Assembly: GCA_041664245.1 (NCBI GenBank)
Contig: JBAYLC010000001.1
Span: 22,654-86,653, forward strand
Length of the DNA: 64,000 bases
Direction of reading: 5' to 3'
Origin: Minisyncoccota bacterium
GTDB taxonomy: Bacteria; Patescibacteriota; Minisyncoccia; UBA6257; 2-01-FULL-56-20
In this document: piece by piece, positions 32,513-44,607 of the stretch
How positions within the stretch are numbered: position 1 is the stretch's first letter
Layout of the letters: the number at the start of each line of letters is the position of its first letter
Position numbers and translations under genes: made by a program
The notes under the pieces: model-generated
What the model was told of the DNA's origin: nothing
The model's database searches: none
Seen by the model: the letters and a program-made list of their open reading frames with translations, nothing else

Positions 32513-33307
32513 ATGAAAAACAAACTTTTCATTTCTACTGTCGGAATATTGGTTCTGGCCTCGTTTTTTGTGTTTCCGTCAGTTCTGGCGCAAACAAAAA
32601 ATTCCACCAGCACCGGCAATATCAACTTTTGTACTTCGCTTGACGAAAAAGCATCGAAATTCAGCCAAAATTTCAACGACAACTTTAATAAGTTCAAATC
32701 GGGTAAAGATCAGCAATTAACGAAATGGGAAAACGATTGGACTAAATGGAGTAATGATCAAAGCAGCAATTTCGCCCGAATCGACGCGATTCGAACCAAC
32801 AATTTCACTAAGCTCGAATCAAAAGCGACGACTGATGCCGAACGGCAAGCTATAGTTACTTTCAAAACCGCCGTTGAAGCGGCAGTAACCGCGCGGCGCT
32901 CGGCAGTCAACACTGCTATTCAAACTTTTCGAGACGGTGTTAAAGCCGCTCTCACGGGGAGAGCCGAGACGGTAGAAAAAATCATAAATGATCGTCTAGC
33001 TGCTTTTGAAACCGCCGTGACTAAGGCGAAATCCGATTGTGTCTCTAATATCGCTCCGAAAACTGTCCGGACCTCTTTTATTTCTAGCCTCAAGAAAGCA
33101 CAAGATGCTTTCAAAGCCGCTAAGAAAGCTGACGAAAATCTTAAACTAAAAATCGAAACCTTAAGAAAGGCCAGAAATACGGCCGTGAGCGCCGCTGATA
33201 AAAGTTTAAAAACCGCTATCAGTAAAGCTCAAGCGGATCTCAAAAAAGTTTTTTCCGATAAAGAAATAAAGAATCCCGAAACAACTTCAACTGTTCCGGT
33301 TCAATAA
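32513..33307 (+). CDS. Secreted alpha-helical/coiled-coil protein
   Basis: Signal peptide ending VLA|Q, Ala/Lys-rich helices, two Cys. Confidence 0.8.
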   Translation: MKNKLFISTVGILVLASFFVFPSVLAQTKNSTSTGNINFCTSLDEKASKFSQNFNDNFNKFKSGKDQQLTKWENDWTKWSNDQSSNFARIDAIRTNNFTKLESKATTDAERQAIVTFKTAVEAAVTARRSAVNTAIQTFRDGVKAALTGRAETVEKIINDRLAAFETAVTKAKSDCVSNIAPKTVRTSFISSLKKAQDAFKAAKKADENLKLKIETLRKARNTAVSAADKSLKTAISKAQADLKKVFSDKEIKNPETTSTVPVQ

Positions 33308-33323
33308 AATAAGGAAAAATCTT

Positions 33324-33361
33324 AATATAAAATACCCCCGCCGGCGGGGGTATTTTATATT
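33324..33361. terminator. Perfect 38-bp palindrome, probable terminator
   Basis: AATATAAAATACCCCCGCCGGCGGGGGTATTTTATATT equals its own reverse complement. Confidence 0.8.
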
Positions 33362-33388
33362 GTGTCGTTTTGATTATAATGAATCTAA

Positions 33389-34147
33389 ATGAATCGCCTC
33401 GCTAAACAAGTCATTTACAGTCTCTTTTTCCTTGTGGTCATTGCCATAATTATTGGCATTTTTTATTTTATTTTTTCGCGTAATAAGCCAACCTGTTTTG
33501 ATCGCATACAAAACCAAGGCGAATTAGGCGTTGATTGTGGATCTGTTTGTGGCAACAATTGTCTCCCAACAGAATTCAAACCCGTTCAGGTGAGTGATGT
33601 CTGGATTATCGGCGTTGATAGTAATCATATCAGCATCCTCGCAAAAATTGAAAATCCTAACCAAAATGTTGCCGCTAAAAATTTTAATTATGAATTTTCC
33701 GTTAAAGACGAAAACGGCCAAGTTAAAAATACAATTCTTGGGAGTGATTTTATTTTTGCCGGCGAAATCAAATACATCCTGAAAGCCAACATTTCCGCAA
33801 AGTTTTCTCTCTCTGATTATGGCGAATTAACGATTCGGAATCCCAAATGGGTTAGCGGTCAAGATTTTTTAAAGCCTCAGCTTAATATCCAAAATACCGA
33901 TGTTTCTATTTCGGATTCTAAAATAAAATTAACCGGAATCGTTGTTAATAGTGACAATTTGAAAATAAGCAGCATAAAAATAATTTCTATTTTTTATACC
34001 AATAATTCATTTCGACCATTAGGCGCCTCTGAAACAGAGATTTCTAATTTAACTCCCGGTAGTTCTAACCCCTTCGTTATCTATCATCCTATTATCACCA
34101 GCGCCGATCTTTCCCGTACTAAAACTTTTGCCTTCGGTTTCTGGTAA
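33389..34147 (+). CDS. Membrane-anchored protein with Cys-rich motif and two Ig-like (FxLYD-like) domains
   Basis: TM, then CFDRIQNQGELGVDCGSVC; IENPN and GIVVN strands. Confidence 0.75.
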   Translation: MNRLAKQVIYSLFFLVVIAIIIGIFYFIFSRNKPTCFDRIQNQGELGVDCGSVCGNNCLPTEFKPVQVSDVWIIGVDSNHISILAKIENPNQNVAAKNFNYEFSVKDENGQVKNTILGSDFIFAGEIKYILKANISAKFSLSDYGELTIRNPKWVSGQDFLKPQLNIQNTDVSISDSKIKLTGIVVNSDNLKISSIKIISIFYTNNSFRPLGASETEISNLTPGSSNPFVIYHPIITSADLSRTKTFAFGFW

Positions 34148-34155
34148 TTTTTCCC

Positions 34156-35202
34156 ATGCTTAGTCTGCTTCTTCCTGTCGGACTTTTAATAACGGCGAGC
34201 CTTACTGTACTCTCCAGTATCTCCAGGCATTTATTTCTACTCCAGTTATTCTGGGTGGTATTGGGAATTATTCTGATTTTTATTTTTTCAGTAGTTGATT
34301 GGCGATCAATTTTAAATAATCGCTGGCTAATATCATTCCTATATGGTCTCGGGATAATTTTTCTCGTTATCGTTTATTTTAAGGGGCCGGTTATTCGCAG
34401 CACGCGGAGTTGGCTCGTTTTGGGGCCGTTCAATTTCCAACCCGTTGAATTGATGAAGTTAAGTTTGATCTTACTCTTCGGGCGCTATTTCAGCCGTCGC
34501 CATCTAAGCGTTGCCCATTGGAAAAATATAATTACCTCTTTTTTTTATTTTCTTGTTCCCGCTGTTTTAATTGCTCTCCAGCCCGATATGGGTTCAGCCT
34601 CTGTTCTTTTCGTTATTTGGTTTGGTTTTTTAATTGCCAGCGGTTTACCATTGAAACGTCTCGCCGTCGCTGTTTTAATCTTTATATCTTTGGGATTTAT
34701 TGGTTGGCATTTAGTTTTAAAAGACTATCAACGTGATAGAATTGTTGGAATTTTTTATCCTCAAGATAATTCTTTGAGCGTAAATTACAGCTTAAATCAA
34801 GCCAAGATAGCCATTGGTTCAGCGGGGCTTTTTGGCAAGGGTTATGGACAGGGAACACAAACGCAACTTGGTTTTTTGACCGAGCCATCTAATGATTTTA
34901 TTCTTGCTTCCTTAATTGAAGAGTGGGGGCTGGTGTTTGGAATTCTCGTCATAGCCGCTTTTTTATTTTTGCTATTTAAAATCTTAAAAATTGCTTCTCT
35001 CTCTAGCGGTAATTTTGAAAAGTTTATTTGTTTAGGCACAGTTATGGTTTTCTGTTGGCAGTTTTTCTTAAATGTTGGTTCAACGATCGGTCTCTCTCCG
35101 GTTATCGGTGTGACCTTTCCCTTTCTTAGTTACGGCGGTTCTAGTCTTTTGATTGATTTTATTTTATTAGCTATAATAAATTCCATCGCCAAGCACTCCT
35201 AA
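34156..35202 (+). CDS. rodA: SEDS family protein, RodA-like
   Basis: RSWL...FQPVELMK, QPDMG, IAIGSAGLFGKG, PFLSYGGSS. Confidence 0.88.
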   Translation: MLSLLLPVGLLITASLTVLSSISRHLFLLQLFWVVLGIILIFIFSVVDWRSILNNRWLISFLYGLGIIFLVIVYFKGPVIRSTRSWLVLGPFNFQPVELMKLSLILLFGRYFSRRHLSVAHWKNIITSFFYFLVPAVLIALQPDMGSASVLFVIWFGFLIASGLPLKRLAVAVLIFISLGFIGWHLVLKDYQRDRIVGIFYPQDNSLSVNYSLNQAKIAIGSAGLFGKGYGQGTQTQLGFLTEPSNDFILASLIEEWGLVFGILVIAAFLFLLFKILKIASLSSGNFEKFICLGTVMVFCWQFFLNVGSTIGLSPVIGVTFPFLSYGGSSLLIDFILLAIINSIAKHS

Positions 35203-35217
35203 TCGTTTTTTACTCTA

Positions 35218-36228
35218 ATGCGCCCTTTTAAAATTCCGCTTGCGCCCAAGCTATCTCTTAAAAAATCAAAAAATAAATTAATTCTTATTGCCGCTGTTTT
35301 TCCGATTTTAATTTTTTCCGTGTATTTGAGTCATGGGTTAAGTTCTCCCCAAAAAAATACTACCGTAAAAAATTTTTTCATTATCTCCGGCGATAGCTCT
35401 GTCGAAATTGCGAATCATCTCGAAACCCAAGGATTAATTCGATCCAGCTTCGCTTTTAATATTTTTGGTTTTATAACCGGCCAGTCCTCAAGGATTAAAC
35501 CGGGCCGCTATGAACTATCTTCTGATTTGGGCGGCTCTAAAATAATGAAGATTCTCGTCTCCGGAGGATTTGGAGAGATTCGGGCGGTGATTCCGGAAGG
35601 TCTGTCAGTCTATGAGATCGATAAAATTTTAAGTGATCAAAAAATCATCAAGCGGGGAGAGCTCATTGCTTTTAATTCTAGGTCTCCTGTTGAGGGCCGC
35701 CTTTTCCCAGACACCTATCGCTTTTCCATAAATTCTAAAATAAATGACGTAGTGGATGTTCTTCTTGAAAATTTTAAGGAAAAAGCCGAGCCAATTCTAA
35801 ATCAAGATCCAAAAAATTTTGAAAAAAATTTAATTCTTGCTTCATTGGTTGAGGATGAAGTTCCCGGCAGTGAAGATCAGCGGGTAGTCGCGGGTATTAT
35901 TAAAAAACGCCTAGCAACCAATATGCGCTTCCAAATTGATGCTACGGTTTGCTATTCGAAGAGACAAAAAGACCCCCAAAAAGACGTTCCTTGCTACCCC
36001 TTGACATCTCTTGACTTAAAAATTAATTCGCCTTACAATACCTATCTAAATGTAGGTTGGCCGCCGGGGCCTATAGGAAGCCCCGGTGTTTCTGCTATCT
36101 CGGCTGCGCTTAAGCCAAAAAATTCGCCTTTTTGGTTCTATATTAGCGACCCTGTAACCAAAAAGACTATTTTTGCCCGAACTCTTGACGAACATAACGC
36201 CAACGTATCAATTTATTTAAAATCTTGA
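35218..36228 (+). CDS. mltG: Endolytic transglycosylase MltG
   Basis: EGRLFPDTY, LASLVEDE, QIDAT, SPYNTY...GWPPGPI. Confidence 0.93.
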   Translation: MRPFKIPLAPKLSLKKSKNKLILIAAVFPILIFSVYLSHGLSSPQKNTTVKNFFIISGDSSVEIANHLETQGLIRSSFAFNIFGFITGQSSRIKPGRYELSSDLGGSKIMKILVSGGFGEIRAVIPEGLSVYEIDKILSDQKIIKRGELIAFNSRSPVEGRLFPDTYRFSINSKINDVVDVLLENFKEKAEPILNQDPKNFEKNLILASLVEDEVPGSEDQRVVAGIIKKRLATNMRFQIDATVCYSKRQKDPQKDVPCYPLTSLDLKINSPYNTYLNVGWPPGPIGSPGVSAISAALKPKNSPFWFYISDPVTKKTIFARTLDEHNANVSIYLKS

Positions 36229-36374
36229 TCACGTAAGAAAATCTGTTTCCCGCCAAAGAAACCGCGGCCAAGTCGGCAGAGAATTTGTGTGCGGTTTCCC
36301 TTCGTTGGTTTATTCAATAATTTTCAATTAATTTAGGGTCGACCATTATAAACCACCATCGTGATTTAAACGCG

Positions 36375-39300
36375 ATGCCCAAAAAACTCCCCACTAAAGA
36401 TTTTTCAAAATTTAAACCTCTCGTTGAGATATCCAACTTAAACGAGATTCAGCTCAAATCCTATGAGCAATTTTTAAAAAAAGGAATCAAGGAGATTTTT
36501 GATGAAGTCTCTCCTATTCCCGATCATACCGCTAAAGAATTTGAACTCTACTTTGACGATTGTTATTTCGACGAACCGAAATATGACGAGACTCAAACTT
36601 TATACAAAGACGCCACTTACGAGGCGGCTTTGCGCGTTAAAGTAAGGCTAGTCCATAGAAAAACCGGCTTCGAACAAAACCAAGAAGTTTATTTTGGTGA
36701 TTTCCCGATTATGACTCCTCGGGGAACTTTTATTATTAACGGCGTCGAAAGAGTAGTGGTTTCTCAAATTATTCGTTCGGCCGGTGTTTATTTCACCTCC
36801 GTCCCTTGGCGGGGACGGCAACTTTTTGGCGCCAAAGTTATTCCTAATCGTGGCGCTTGGTTAGAATTTGAAACAGATATCGACGGCACTATCGGGGTAA
36901 AAATTGATCGTCACCGTAAAGCTCCCGTCAGTGATCTATTGCGGATTTTTGGCGCCTCAAATGAGCAGATCTCTGACTCCTTTAAAGATATTGATGATGG
37001 GACAATAAAATATATTGCCGCCACTCTTAAAAAAGATATTGCTAAAGACGCCGGGGAGTCATATATGGAAATTTATCGCCGCCAGCGTCCCGGCGATCCA
37101 GCCACTCCGGAAACCGCCAAAAATCTAATTGACTCAATGTTCAAGCGGCTCGATCGTTATGATATCTCTCCTGTTGGCCGCTTCAAGATGAATCAGCGAT
37201 TGGATTTAAATAATAAAAAAGATTCGCATCTTCTTGATCTTGAAGATCTAATGGCCATCGTTCGTGAAATTATCCGGCTCAATAATCTTCCCGGGGCTGA
37301 ACCCGACGACATTGATCATCTTGGTAATCGCCGCTTAAAAACCGTTGGTGAGCTTCTTCAGGGCCGTCTTCGGGTTGGCTTTGCTCGTCTCCGCAGGATT
37401 GTTCAAGACCGAATGTCTATTCTAGACAAGGACACTCTTATGCCTGCTCAACTTATTAACTTTCGTCCGGTTACCGCCGTTATTAAAGAATTTTTTGTTT
37501 CCTCCCAATTTTCTCAGTTTATGGATCAAATCAATCCGCTTGCCGAACTTGAGCATAAACGTCGTCTCTCCGCCTTAGGTCCCGGTGGTCTCACTCGCGA
37601 GCGGGCCAGTTTTGAAGTCCGGGAAATTCATCGTTCGCATTATGGCCGCATTTGTCCCGTTCAAACTCCTGAGGGAGCGAACATCGGACTCATTAACTAT
37701 CTTGCTCGATTCGCTCGAATCAACGAGTTTGGTTTTTTGGAAACTCCCTACGCCAAAGTGAAGGATGGAAGAGTAACAAAAGAAATCTCTTGGTATGACG
37801 CCCTCGAAGAAGAAAAATACAAAATCGCCCATGCCGGAAATCCTCGGGACGATGAAGGAAAATTTTTAAATAACGCCGTAGAAGCAAGGATTAAGGGAGA
37901 CCCTGGTATTTGTACACCTAAAGAAGTTGACCTAATGGACGTTGCTCCTAATCAGTTTATCAGCGTTGCTTCTTCTCTTATACCTTTTCTTCAGCACGAC
38001 GACGCTAACCGAGCCCTGATGGGCTCAAACATGCAGCGTCAGGCTGTTGCCTCTATCAAGCCGCAGGCTCCCTACGTTGGCACCGGTGAAGAAGAAAAAG
38101 CCGCCGCGGATTCTGGGTATATTATAAAAGCCGAAGGCGAAGGCACAATTACCGAAGTTGATTCCAATCACGTCACCGTCGAGTATAAAGACGGCGTGAA
38201 AAACTATGTTTTAGAAAAATTCAAACGCTCAAACCAATTTACTTCGATTTCCAAAAAGCCGGTTGTTGTAAGAGACCAAAAAGTTAAAAAAGGGGAAATC
38301 ATTGCCGAGGGGTCGTCAATAAAAGACGGCGTTCTGGCTCTTGGTCAAAATCTTCTAGTCTCGTTCATTTCCTGGGAGGGCGCCAATTTCGAAGATGCCG
38401 TCATCCTTTCCGAGCGAGTTGTTCGCGACGATCTTTTCACCTCTATTCACCTTGAGAGTTTCGATTGCGATGTTCGCGACACAAAACTCGGTCCCGAAAT
38501 TACTACCCCCGACATTCCGAATGTTTCCGAAGAGAAGCTTCGCAACTTAGACGAAGAGGGGATAATCAGAATCGGCGCCGAAGTAAAAGCCGGCGATATT
38601 TTGGTTGGCAAAATTTCTCCGAAAGGCGAAGCCGAATTAAGTTCCGAGGAGCGCTTACTCCGCGCCGTTTTCGGCGAAAAGGCCAGAGATGTCAAAGACA
38701 CCTCTCTTACTCTTCCGCACGGCAAACAAGGGAGAATTGTTGGTGTTAAGATTTTTAATCGCGATGAAGGCGATAAATTAGAACCAGGCATTATTAAAAG
38801 AATCCAAATTGAAGTCGCTGAACTCCGCAAAATTCAAAGCGGTGACAAGCTGGCCGGCCGCCACGGCAATAAGGGAGTTATCTCTCAAGTTCGTCCGGTG
38901 GAAGATATGCCTTATCTCGAAGATGGCACGCCAGTTGATATTATTTTAAATCCATTAGGTGTTGCCTCTCGCATGAACTTAGGTCAGATTCTTGAAACTC
39001 ACTTAGGCTGGGCGGCTCACAAGCTCGGCTACCGCGCTATTACTCCCGGTCTTGATTCGGCGAGCGAGGAAGAGATTAGAAATGAGTTAAAAGATGCCGG
39101 TCTTCCCGAAGACAGCAAAGTTACTCTCTATGATGGCCGTTCTGGTGAACCGTTTGACCGCAAGGTTATGGTTGGCCAAATTTACATGATGAAGTTGAAC
39201 CATCTTGTTGAAGATAAGATGCACGTCCGTTCCATCGGTCCCTACTCTTTAATTACTCAACAGCCACTTGGTGGAAAAGCTCAATTTGGTGGCCAGCGTT

Positions 39301-42300
39301 TCGGCGAAATGGAAGTCTGGGCGCTCGAAGGCTATAGCAGCCGGCATGTTCTTCAAGAGATGCTGACAATTAAATCGGACGATATTCTTGGGCGTTCCGC
39401 CGCTTATGAATCGATTATTCGCGGCGAAAAAATCCGAAAACCTAATATTCCGGCTTCCTTTAATGTTCTTGTCAATGAATTAAAAGCTCTAAATTTTGAT
39501 ATTGAGCCAATATTTGATAATGACTCGGAAAGAAAAGATGAGTTTAAAGCCCTGAAGATCGGCGTGGCCTCGCCGGAGCAAATTTTAAAGTGGTCCCATG
39601 GCGAAGTTATCAAACCAGAAACCATAAACTATCGGACTCAACGGCCAGAAAAAGACGGGCTTTTCTCCGAGCGGATTTTTGGCCCGACCAAGGATTACGA
39701 ATGTTACTGCGGAAAATATCGCCGGATTCGCTATAAAAACGTTATTTGTGACAAATGTGGTGTCGAAGTAACTCGCTCAATCGTTCGCCGCGAAAGAATG
39801 GGTCATATTAAATTAGCTACCCCGGTGAGCCACATCTGGTTTCTTAAAAGCATTCCATCTCGCTTGAGTTTGATGATTGACACTTCTTCCGTAAAACTGG
39901 AGCGGGTTATCTATTACTCTTCTTATATTGTCACCGAAGTTGATGATGAGAATAGAAAACAAACTCTTCTTGATCTCGATAAAGAATTAAAGAGTAAACT
40001 TAAAATAGTTGGCGATAAAGATAAAGAAGTTAAGGATGAAATTACTGCGGCCGCTGCCACTGCCAAAGAATTTTTAAATTCCGTTCGGCCGGGAGTTGTT
40101 CTTGGCGAGGCCGAGTATTTCAACTTAGCCCGCCGTTTCGCCAGTGTTTTCAAAGCTGGCACCGGCGCCGAGGCTGTCCGGCAAGTTCTTGAAAGCATGG
40201 ATCTTCGAAAAGAAGTCCAGAAAATTGAAAAAGAAATCAGCATTTCTCGCCGAGCCGTGATTGATATCAAGCAACTTCGGCGGTTGAAAATGTTGAAGTC
40301 GATAATTAAAAATAACACTCGCCCCGAATGGATGATTCTAACAGTCCTCCCGGTTTTACCGCCTGATCTTCGCCCAATGGTGCCCTTGGATGGCGGCCGT
40401 TATGCGACCTCGGATCTAAATGACCTTTATCGTCGAGTTATCAATCGCAATAATCGTTTAAAAAAACTTCTTGAAATCAAAGCTCCGGAAGTAATTGTTC
40501 GCAACGAAAAAAGAATGCTCCAAGAAGCCGTTGATGCTTTAATCGACAACTCCGCTCGATTCGGCACCCAGCAGCTTTCCACTCAGCGCCGACCTCTTCG
40601 TTCCTTGGCTGATATGTTAAAGGGAAAGCAAGGCCGTTTCCGCCAAAATCTTCTCGGTAAAAGGGTTGATTATTCCGGCCGGTCCGTTATTGTTGTTGGT
40701 CCTAAACTAAAGATTGATGAGTGTGGTCTTCCAAAACGGATGACTCTGGAACTTTTCCGCCCGTTCGTTATCAGCGAGATAATTAAAAGGGGATTAGCCA
40801 ACAATATTAGAAGTGCCAATAAAATTCTCGATCAAGGCATTGATGAAGTCTGGGCTATCCTTGAAGAAGTAATTCGTGATCGATACGTTCTCTTGAATCG
40901 CGCCCCGACCTTGCACCGCTTAAGCGTTCAAGCCTTCCGGCCAAAAATGATTGAAGGGTTAGCCATTCAAATTCCGCCTTTAGTCTGTCAAGCCTTCAAT
41001 GCCGACTTTGACGGCGACCAAATGGCCGTTCACTTGCCTCTCTCCGAAGAAGCTCAGCGGGAAACGAGGGAGATAATGGTCTCAAGCAAAAATTTATTAA
41101 AACCGGCTACCGGTGACCTGATCACCGTTCCGACGCAAGACATTATTTTAGGAATTTACTATCTCACTCAAATTGACGACGAGTGGTCCGGCCCGATTAA
41201 AAATTTTGTCGACGTTGATGAGGCGCTTATGGCTATGAGTCATAATGTTATAAAAATTTCCCAGCCGATTAAGGTTTTCTCCGTTAATAATAATGAAGAA
41301 ACCACTATTGGTCGGATAATTTTCAACCAAATATTTGGAGAAGATCACGAGTTCATAAACAAGTCTCTTAATAAAAAACAACTTTCCGCAATTTTAGAGG
41401 CCTTTGTCGAGGATTATGGTTTTGAACGCACTAGCGAAGTTTTAGACAAGGTTAAATTGCTTGGTTTTGAGATGGCCACCAAATCCGGAATTACTTGGGC
41501 TATTTCTGATCTAGTTATTCCCAAAGAGAAAAAAGCGATTCTTAAAGACGCTGAAGAAAAAGTTGATAATATTCACGAACAATTTAAATCCGGCCTTCTT
41601 ACCACCATCGAACGCCGGGCGAGAGTAATCAGTATTTGGGAAAAAGCTAAAAAGGATATTTCCGCGTTGATCCTCACCGTTCTTCCAAAAACCAATTCCA
41701 TTTACCAAATTATTGATTCTGGTTCTCGTGGTTCTTGGGTTCAGCCAATTCAAATGACCGGTATGAAAGGATTGGTCCAAAACTCCCAAGGTGTAACCAT
41801 CGAGCTCCCAATTAAATCTTCCCTCAAGGAAGGATTAAGTGTTTTGGAATATTTCATTTCCACCCACGGTGCTAGAAAGGGCACCACTGACACCGCTCTT
41901 AAAACTGCCCAAGCCGGCTACCTTACTCGCCGTTTAGTTGATGTTTCTCAAGATCTTTTAATCAGGGAAGAAGATTGTGGCACCACGAAAGGAATAGAAA
42001 TCTTCCGAAAAGAAGATCAAGAATTTTCTCAACCGTTTGTCAGCCGAATATTTTCTAGGACTGTTTTGGAGGATATTAAAGTAGATCGGAAGATTATTGT
42101 GAAAGCTAACGAATCTATCACTAAGCCAATGGCCCAAGAAATCGACAAATCAAAAATCGAATCAATCAAAGTTCGTTCGCCGCTTACCTGTAACACTCTC
42201 TTTGGAATTTGCAGCAAGTGTTACGGTTTGAGTCTGGGTGATAATAAACCCGCCCGGGTTGGTGAAGCGGTTGGCGTTATCGCTGCCCAATCAATCGGCG

Positions 42301-43199
42301 AGCCGGGCACCCAGCTTACTATGAGAACTTTCCATACTGGCGGTGTTGCTGGTGCCGACATCACTCACGGCTTGCCTCGGGTTGAAGAAATTTTTGAAGT
42401 TCGCCCGCCAAAAGGGAAAGCGATTCTTTGCTCTGTCGACGGTTTAGTAGAGAAAACAGAAGAACGCGGCACACTGATGGTTATGCACATAAAACCGATC
42501 AAAGGCCAGGGTGTTAGTAAAACTAAATCTGTTAAATCAATTGTTAAAACCATAGAATATGCTGTTCCTAGATCCTCTACTTTTTTAGTCAAGGTTGGTG
42601 ATGACGTGAAAAAAGGTGATCGATTATCCGACGGGAACCTCGATATTAAGGAGTTGTTGGAACTACGAGGAAAAGATGCCGTTGAAAAATATGTTATTAG
42701 TGAAGTCCAAAAGATCTATTCTTCGGAAGGCGCTTCTATTTGTAATAAACACATTGAAATTATCGTGCGCCAAATGTTTTCTAGGATTAAGATAAAAGAT
42801 GCCGGCGACGCTGCTAATCTTGTACAGGGAGAAATTATTGAGCGCGGCCGTTTCTTGGAAGTAAATCGTGAGTTACGGAAAACCGGAAAGGCCTCCATTA
42901 AAGGGGAGCAGCTTCTAATGGGTATTACCCAGGTTGCTCTTTCGACTGAAAGCTTCCTCTCCGCTGCTTCTTTCCAAGATACCGCCCGAGTTTTAGTCAA
43001 AGCTGCGATCGAGAGTCGAACCGATCAACTGCGCGGTCTCAAAGAAAACGTTATCATCGGGCGCCTAATTCCCACTAACTTGATTGGTGTTGAGGGTTCC
43101 GGTCATGACGACTTTGAATATCCCGATGAAGCAAGCATCAACGCGGAAGAGAAGGCTTCCAAGGAAGTAGAACCTCAAAGCGTTGAAACTGAAGCTTAA
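36375..43199 (+). CDS. rpoBC: Fused RNA polymerase beta-beta' subunit
   Basis: RpoB motifs ([24 protein letters not shown]) run in frame into RpoC motifs ([17 protein letters not shown]). Confidence 0.97.
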   Translation: MPKKLPTKDFSKFKPLVEISNLNEIQLKSYEQFLKKGIKEIFDEVSPIPDHTAKEFELYFDDCYFDEPKYDETQTLYKDATYEAALRVKVRLVHRKTGFEQNQEVYFGDFPIMTPRGTFIINGVERVVVSQIIRSAGVYFTSVPWRGRQLFGAKVIPNRGAWLEFETDIDGTIGVKIDRHRKAPVSDLLRIFGASNEQISDSFKDIDDGTIKYIAATLKKDIAKDAGESYMEIYRRQRPGDPATPETAKNLIDSMFKRLDRYDISPVGRFKMNQRLDLNNKKDSHLLDLEDLMAIVREIIRLNNLPGAEPDDIDHLGNRRLKTVGELLQGRLRVGFARLRRIVQDRMSILDKDTLMPAQLINFRPVTAVIKEFFVSSQFSQFMDQINPLAELEHKRRLSALGPGGLTRERASFEVREIHRSHYGRICPVQTPEGANIGLINYLARFARINEFGFLETPYAKVKDGRVTKEISWYDALEEEKYKIAHAGNPRDDEGKFLNNAVEARIKGDPGICTPKEVDLMDVAPNQFISVASSLIPFLQHDDANRALMGSNMQRQAVASIKPQAPYVGTGEEEKAAADSGYIIKAEGEGTITEVDSNHVTVEYKDGVKNYVLEKFKRSNQFTSISKKPVVVRDQKVKKGEIIAEGSSIKDGVLALGQNLLVSFISWEGANFEDAVILSERVVRDDLFTSIHLESFDCDVRDTKLGPEITTPDIPNVSEEKLRNLDEEGIIRIGAEVKAGDILVGKISPKGEAELSSEERLLRAVFGEKARDVKDTSLTLPHGKQGRIVGVKIFNRDEGDKLEPGIIKRIQIEVAELRKIQSGDKLAGRHGNKGVISQVRPVEDMPYLEDGTPVDIILNPLGVASRMNLGQILETHLGWAAHKLGYRAITPGLDSASEEEIRNELKDAGLPEDSKVTLYDGRSGEPFDRKVMVGQIYMMKLNHLVEDKMHVRSIGPYSLITQQPLGGKAQFGGQRFGEMEVWALEGYSSRHVLQEMLTIKSDDILGRSAAYESIIRGEKIRKPNIPASFNVLVNELKALNFDIEPIFDNDSERKDEFKALKIGVASPEQILKWSHGEVIKPETINYRTQRPEKDGLFSERIFGPTKDYECYCGKYRRIRYKNVICDKCGVEVTRSIVRRERMGHIKLATPVSHIWFLKSIPSRLSLMIDTSSVKLERVIYYSSYIVTEVDDENRKQTLLDLDKELKSKLKIVGDKDKEVKDEITAAAATAKEFLNSVRPGVVLGEAEYFNLARRFASVFKAGTGAEAVRQVLESMDLRKEVQKIEKEISISRRAVIDIKQLRRLKMLKSIIKNNTRPEWMILTVLPVLPPDLRPMVPLDGGRYATSDLNDLYRRVINRNNRLKKLLEIKAPEVIVRNEKRMLQEAVDALIDNSARFGTQQLSTQRRPLRSLADMLKGKQGRFRQNLLGKRVDYSGRSVIVVGPKLKIDECGLPKRMTLELFRPFVISEIIKRGLANNIRSANKILDQGIDEVWAILEEVIRDRYVLLNRAPTLHRLSVQAFRPKMIEGLAIQIPPLVCQAFNADFDGDQMAVHLPLSEEAQRETREIMVSSKNLLKPATGDLITVPTQDIILGIYYLTQIDDEWSGPIKNFVDVDEALMAMSHNVIKISQPIKVFSVNNNEETTIGRIIFNQIFGEDHEFINKSLNKKQLSAILEAFVEDYGFERTSEVLDKVKLLGFEMATKSGITWAISDLVIPKEKKAILKDAEEKVDNIHEQFKSGLLTTIERRARVISIWEKAKKDISALILTVLPKTNSIYQIIDSGSRGSWVQPIQMTGMKGLVQNSQGVTIELPIKSSLKEGLSVLEYFISTHGARKGTTDTALKTAQAGYLTRRLVDVSQDLLIREEDCGTTKGIEIFRKEDQEFSQPFVSRIFSRTVLEDIKVDRKIIVKANESITKPMAQEIDKSKIESIKVRSPLTCNTLFGICSKCYGLSLGDNKPARVGEAVGVIAAQSIGEPGTQLTMRTFHTGGVAGADITHGLPRVEEIFEVRPPKGKAILCSVDGLVEKTEERGTLMVMHIKPIKGQGVSKTKSVKSIVKTIEYAVPRSSTFLVKVGDDVKKGDRLSDGNLDIKELLELRGKDAVEKYVISEVQKIYSSEGASICNKHIEIIVRQMFSRIKIKDAGDAANLVQGEIIERGRFLEVNRELRKTGKASIKGEQLLMGITQVALSTESFLSAASFQDTARVLVKAAIESRTDQLRGLKENVIIGRLIPTNLIGVEGSGHDDFEYPDEASINAEEKASKEVEPQSVETEA

Positions 43200-43245
43200 C
43201 CCAGTTCTAATTGACGGATACTGAAAAATCGGTTAAATTCTCGCT

Positions 43246-43674
43246 ATGGAAGAAACCCAGATTAAAGACAAGAAAGAATACGAATTAGCTTTTCTTATCA
43301 AGGAAGAAGGGGAATTGCCCGCCGTTCTTGATTTGATAAAGCGCCATGGCGCCGAAATCTCCCTCGAGGGGCCGCTTAGGAACCTATCTCTGGCCTATAA
43401 AATAAAAAAACAAACCTCAGCTACTTTCGGTTATTGCCATTTTCAACTCGAGCCGGAAAGTCTCTCCGCTCTTGATCACGACCTAAGGATGAATAGTCCA
43501 ATTATCAGATTCCTCGTTATCACTCCGCCTTTTTCTAAGGCTAAATCGTCTCCGTCAAGAATTTCAGCACGGAGTAAAATTTCTCCTTCAAAGTCGGAGG
43601 ATGTTCCAGTAAAATCATCTCTTCCGCTCTCCAACGAAGCTTTAGAAAAAAAGATCGAAGAGATTTTACAATAA
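43246..43674 (+). CDS. rpsF: 30S ribosomal protein S6
   Basis: YELAFL, LAYKIKK, IIRFLV; upstream of ssb. Confidence 0.9.
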   Translation: MEETQIKDKKEYELAFLIKEEGELPAVLDLIKRHGAEISLEGPLRNLSLAYKIKKQTSATFGYCHFQLEPESLSALDHDLRMNSPIIRFLVITPPFSKAKSSPSRISARSKISPSKSEDVPVKSSLPLSNEALEKKIEEILQ

Positions 43675-43689
43675 ATTTTCTAAATTATT

Positions 43690-44172
43690 ATGAACCTAAA
43701 TAAAGTATTCATCGTTGGGCGCTTAACCGCTGATCCTATTCTCCGAACCACTCCCGGCGGGCAATCAGTTACTAGTTTTTCGGTTGCCACTAATCGGAAT
43801 TGGGCTGATAAATCCGGTAATCGCCAAGAAGAAGTTGAATACCACAATATCGTCGCTTGGGGCCGCCAGGCCGAAATTGCCAACCAATTTTTAACCAAAG
43901 GAGCAATCGTTATGGTTGAAGGCAGGATCAGGACTCGTTCTTGGACTGATAAGCAAAATCAAACTAAAAAGACCACCGAAATAATTTGTGAACGCCTCCA
44001 GCTTGGGCCTCGCGCCGGCGGCGGAGCTCCAGCGCGCGGCAAGCCTTCCACTGACAGTCCCTTCAAGGATTTAGAATCAAATCCTAAGCCCGATAAAGAT
44101 GTAATCGAAGAAATCCCCGTTATTAATTTAGAAGATACCGAAGATATTAAACCCGAAGATATTCCATTTTAA
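43690..44172 (+). CDS. ssb: Single-stranded DNA-binding protein
   Basis: [14 protein letters not shown]-terminal DIPF. Confidence 0.97.
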   Translation: MNLNKVFIVGRLTADPILRTTPGGQSVTSFSVATNRNWADKSGNRQEEVEYHNIVAWGRQAEIANQFLTKGAIVMVEGRIRTRSWTDKQNQTKKTTEIICERLQLGPRAGGGAPARGKPSTDSPFKDLESNPKPDKDVIEEIPVINLEDTEDIKPEDIPF

Positions 44173-44176
44173 ATTC

Positions 44177-44602
44177 ATGGCAAAAAAAATAAAAACAATT
44201 TTAAAAATTCAAATTGGCGCTGGCAAGGCTAATCCTGCTCCGCCAATTGGTACCGCTCTTGGTCCGCAGGGAGTGAATATCCAAGAATTTTGCAAGCAGT
44301 TCAATGACGCCACCAAAGAAATGATTGGTGATGTTATTCCAGCCGAAATAACTGTCTACGAAGATAGGAGTTTCACCTTTATTCTCAAGACCTCTCCTGC
44401 TTCTTCGCTTTTGAAAAAAGCAGCTGGAGTCGAAAAAGGTTCTGGCAATCCTCTTAAAATTAAAGTCGGCAAAGTTACCAAAGCCGATATCCGAAATATT
44501 GCGGAAAAGAAAATGGTGGATCTTAATGCGACAACAATAGAGGCTGCCGAAAAAATAGTAGAAGGAACAGCCCGTTCAATGGGTATTGAGGTAATAAAAT
44601 AA
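44177..44602 (+). CDS. rplK: 50S ribosomal protein L11
   Basis: [24 protein letters not shown]. Confidence 0.98.
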   Translation: MAKKIKTILKIQIGAGKANPAPPIGTALGPQGVNIQEFCKQFNDATKEMIGDVIPAEITVYEDRSFTFILKTSPASSLLKKAAGVEKGSGNPLKIKVGKVTKADIRNIAEKKMVDLNATTIEAAEKIVEGTARSMGIEVIK

Positions 44603-44607
44603 AAACA

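Noticed and set aside
33324-33361. Perfect palindrome as a dif or recombinase site
   Set aside because: No XerC/XerD consensus; its position after a stop codon and its T tract fit a terminator
36250-36300. Hairpin GAAACCGC/GCGGTTTC upstream of rpoBC as a riboswitch
   Set aside because: A single stem with no recognisable aptamer or U tract; too little evidence
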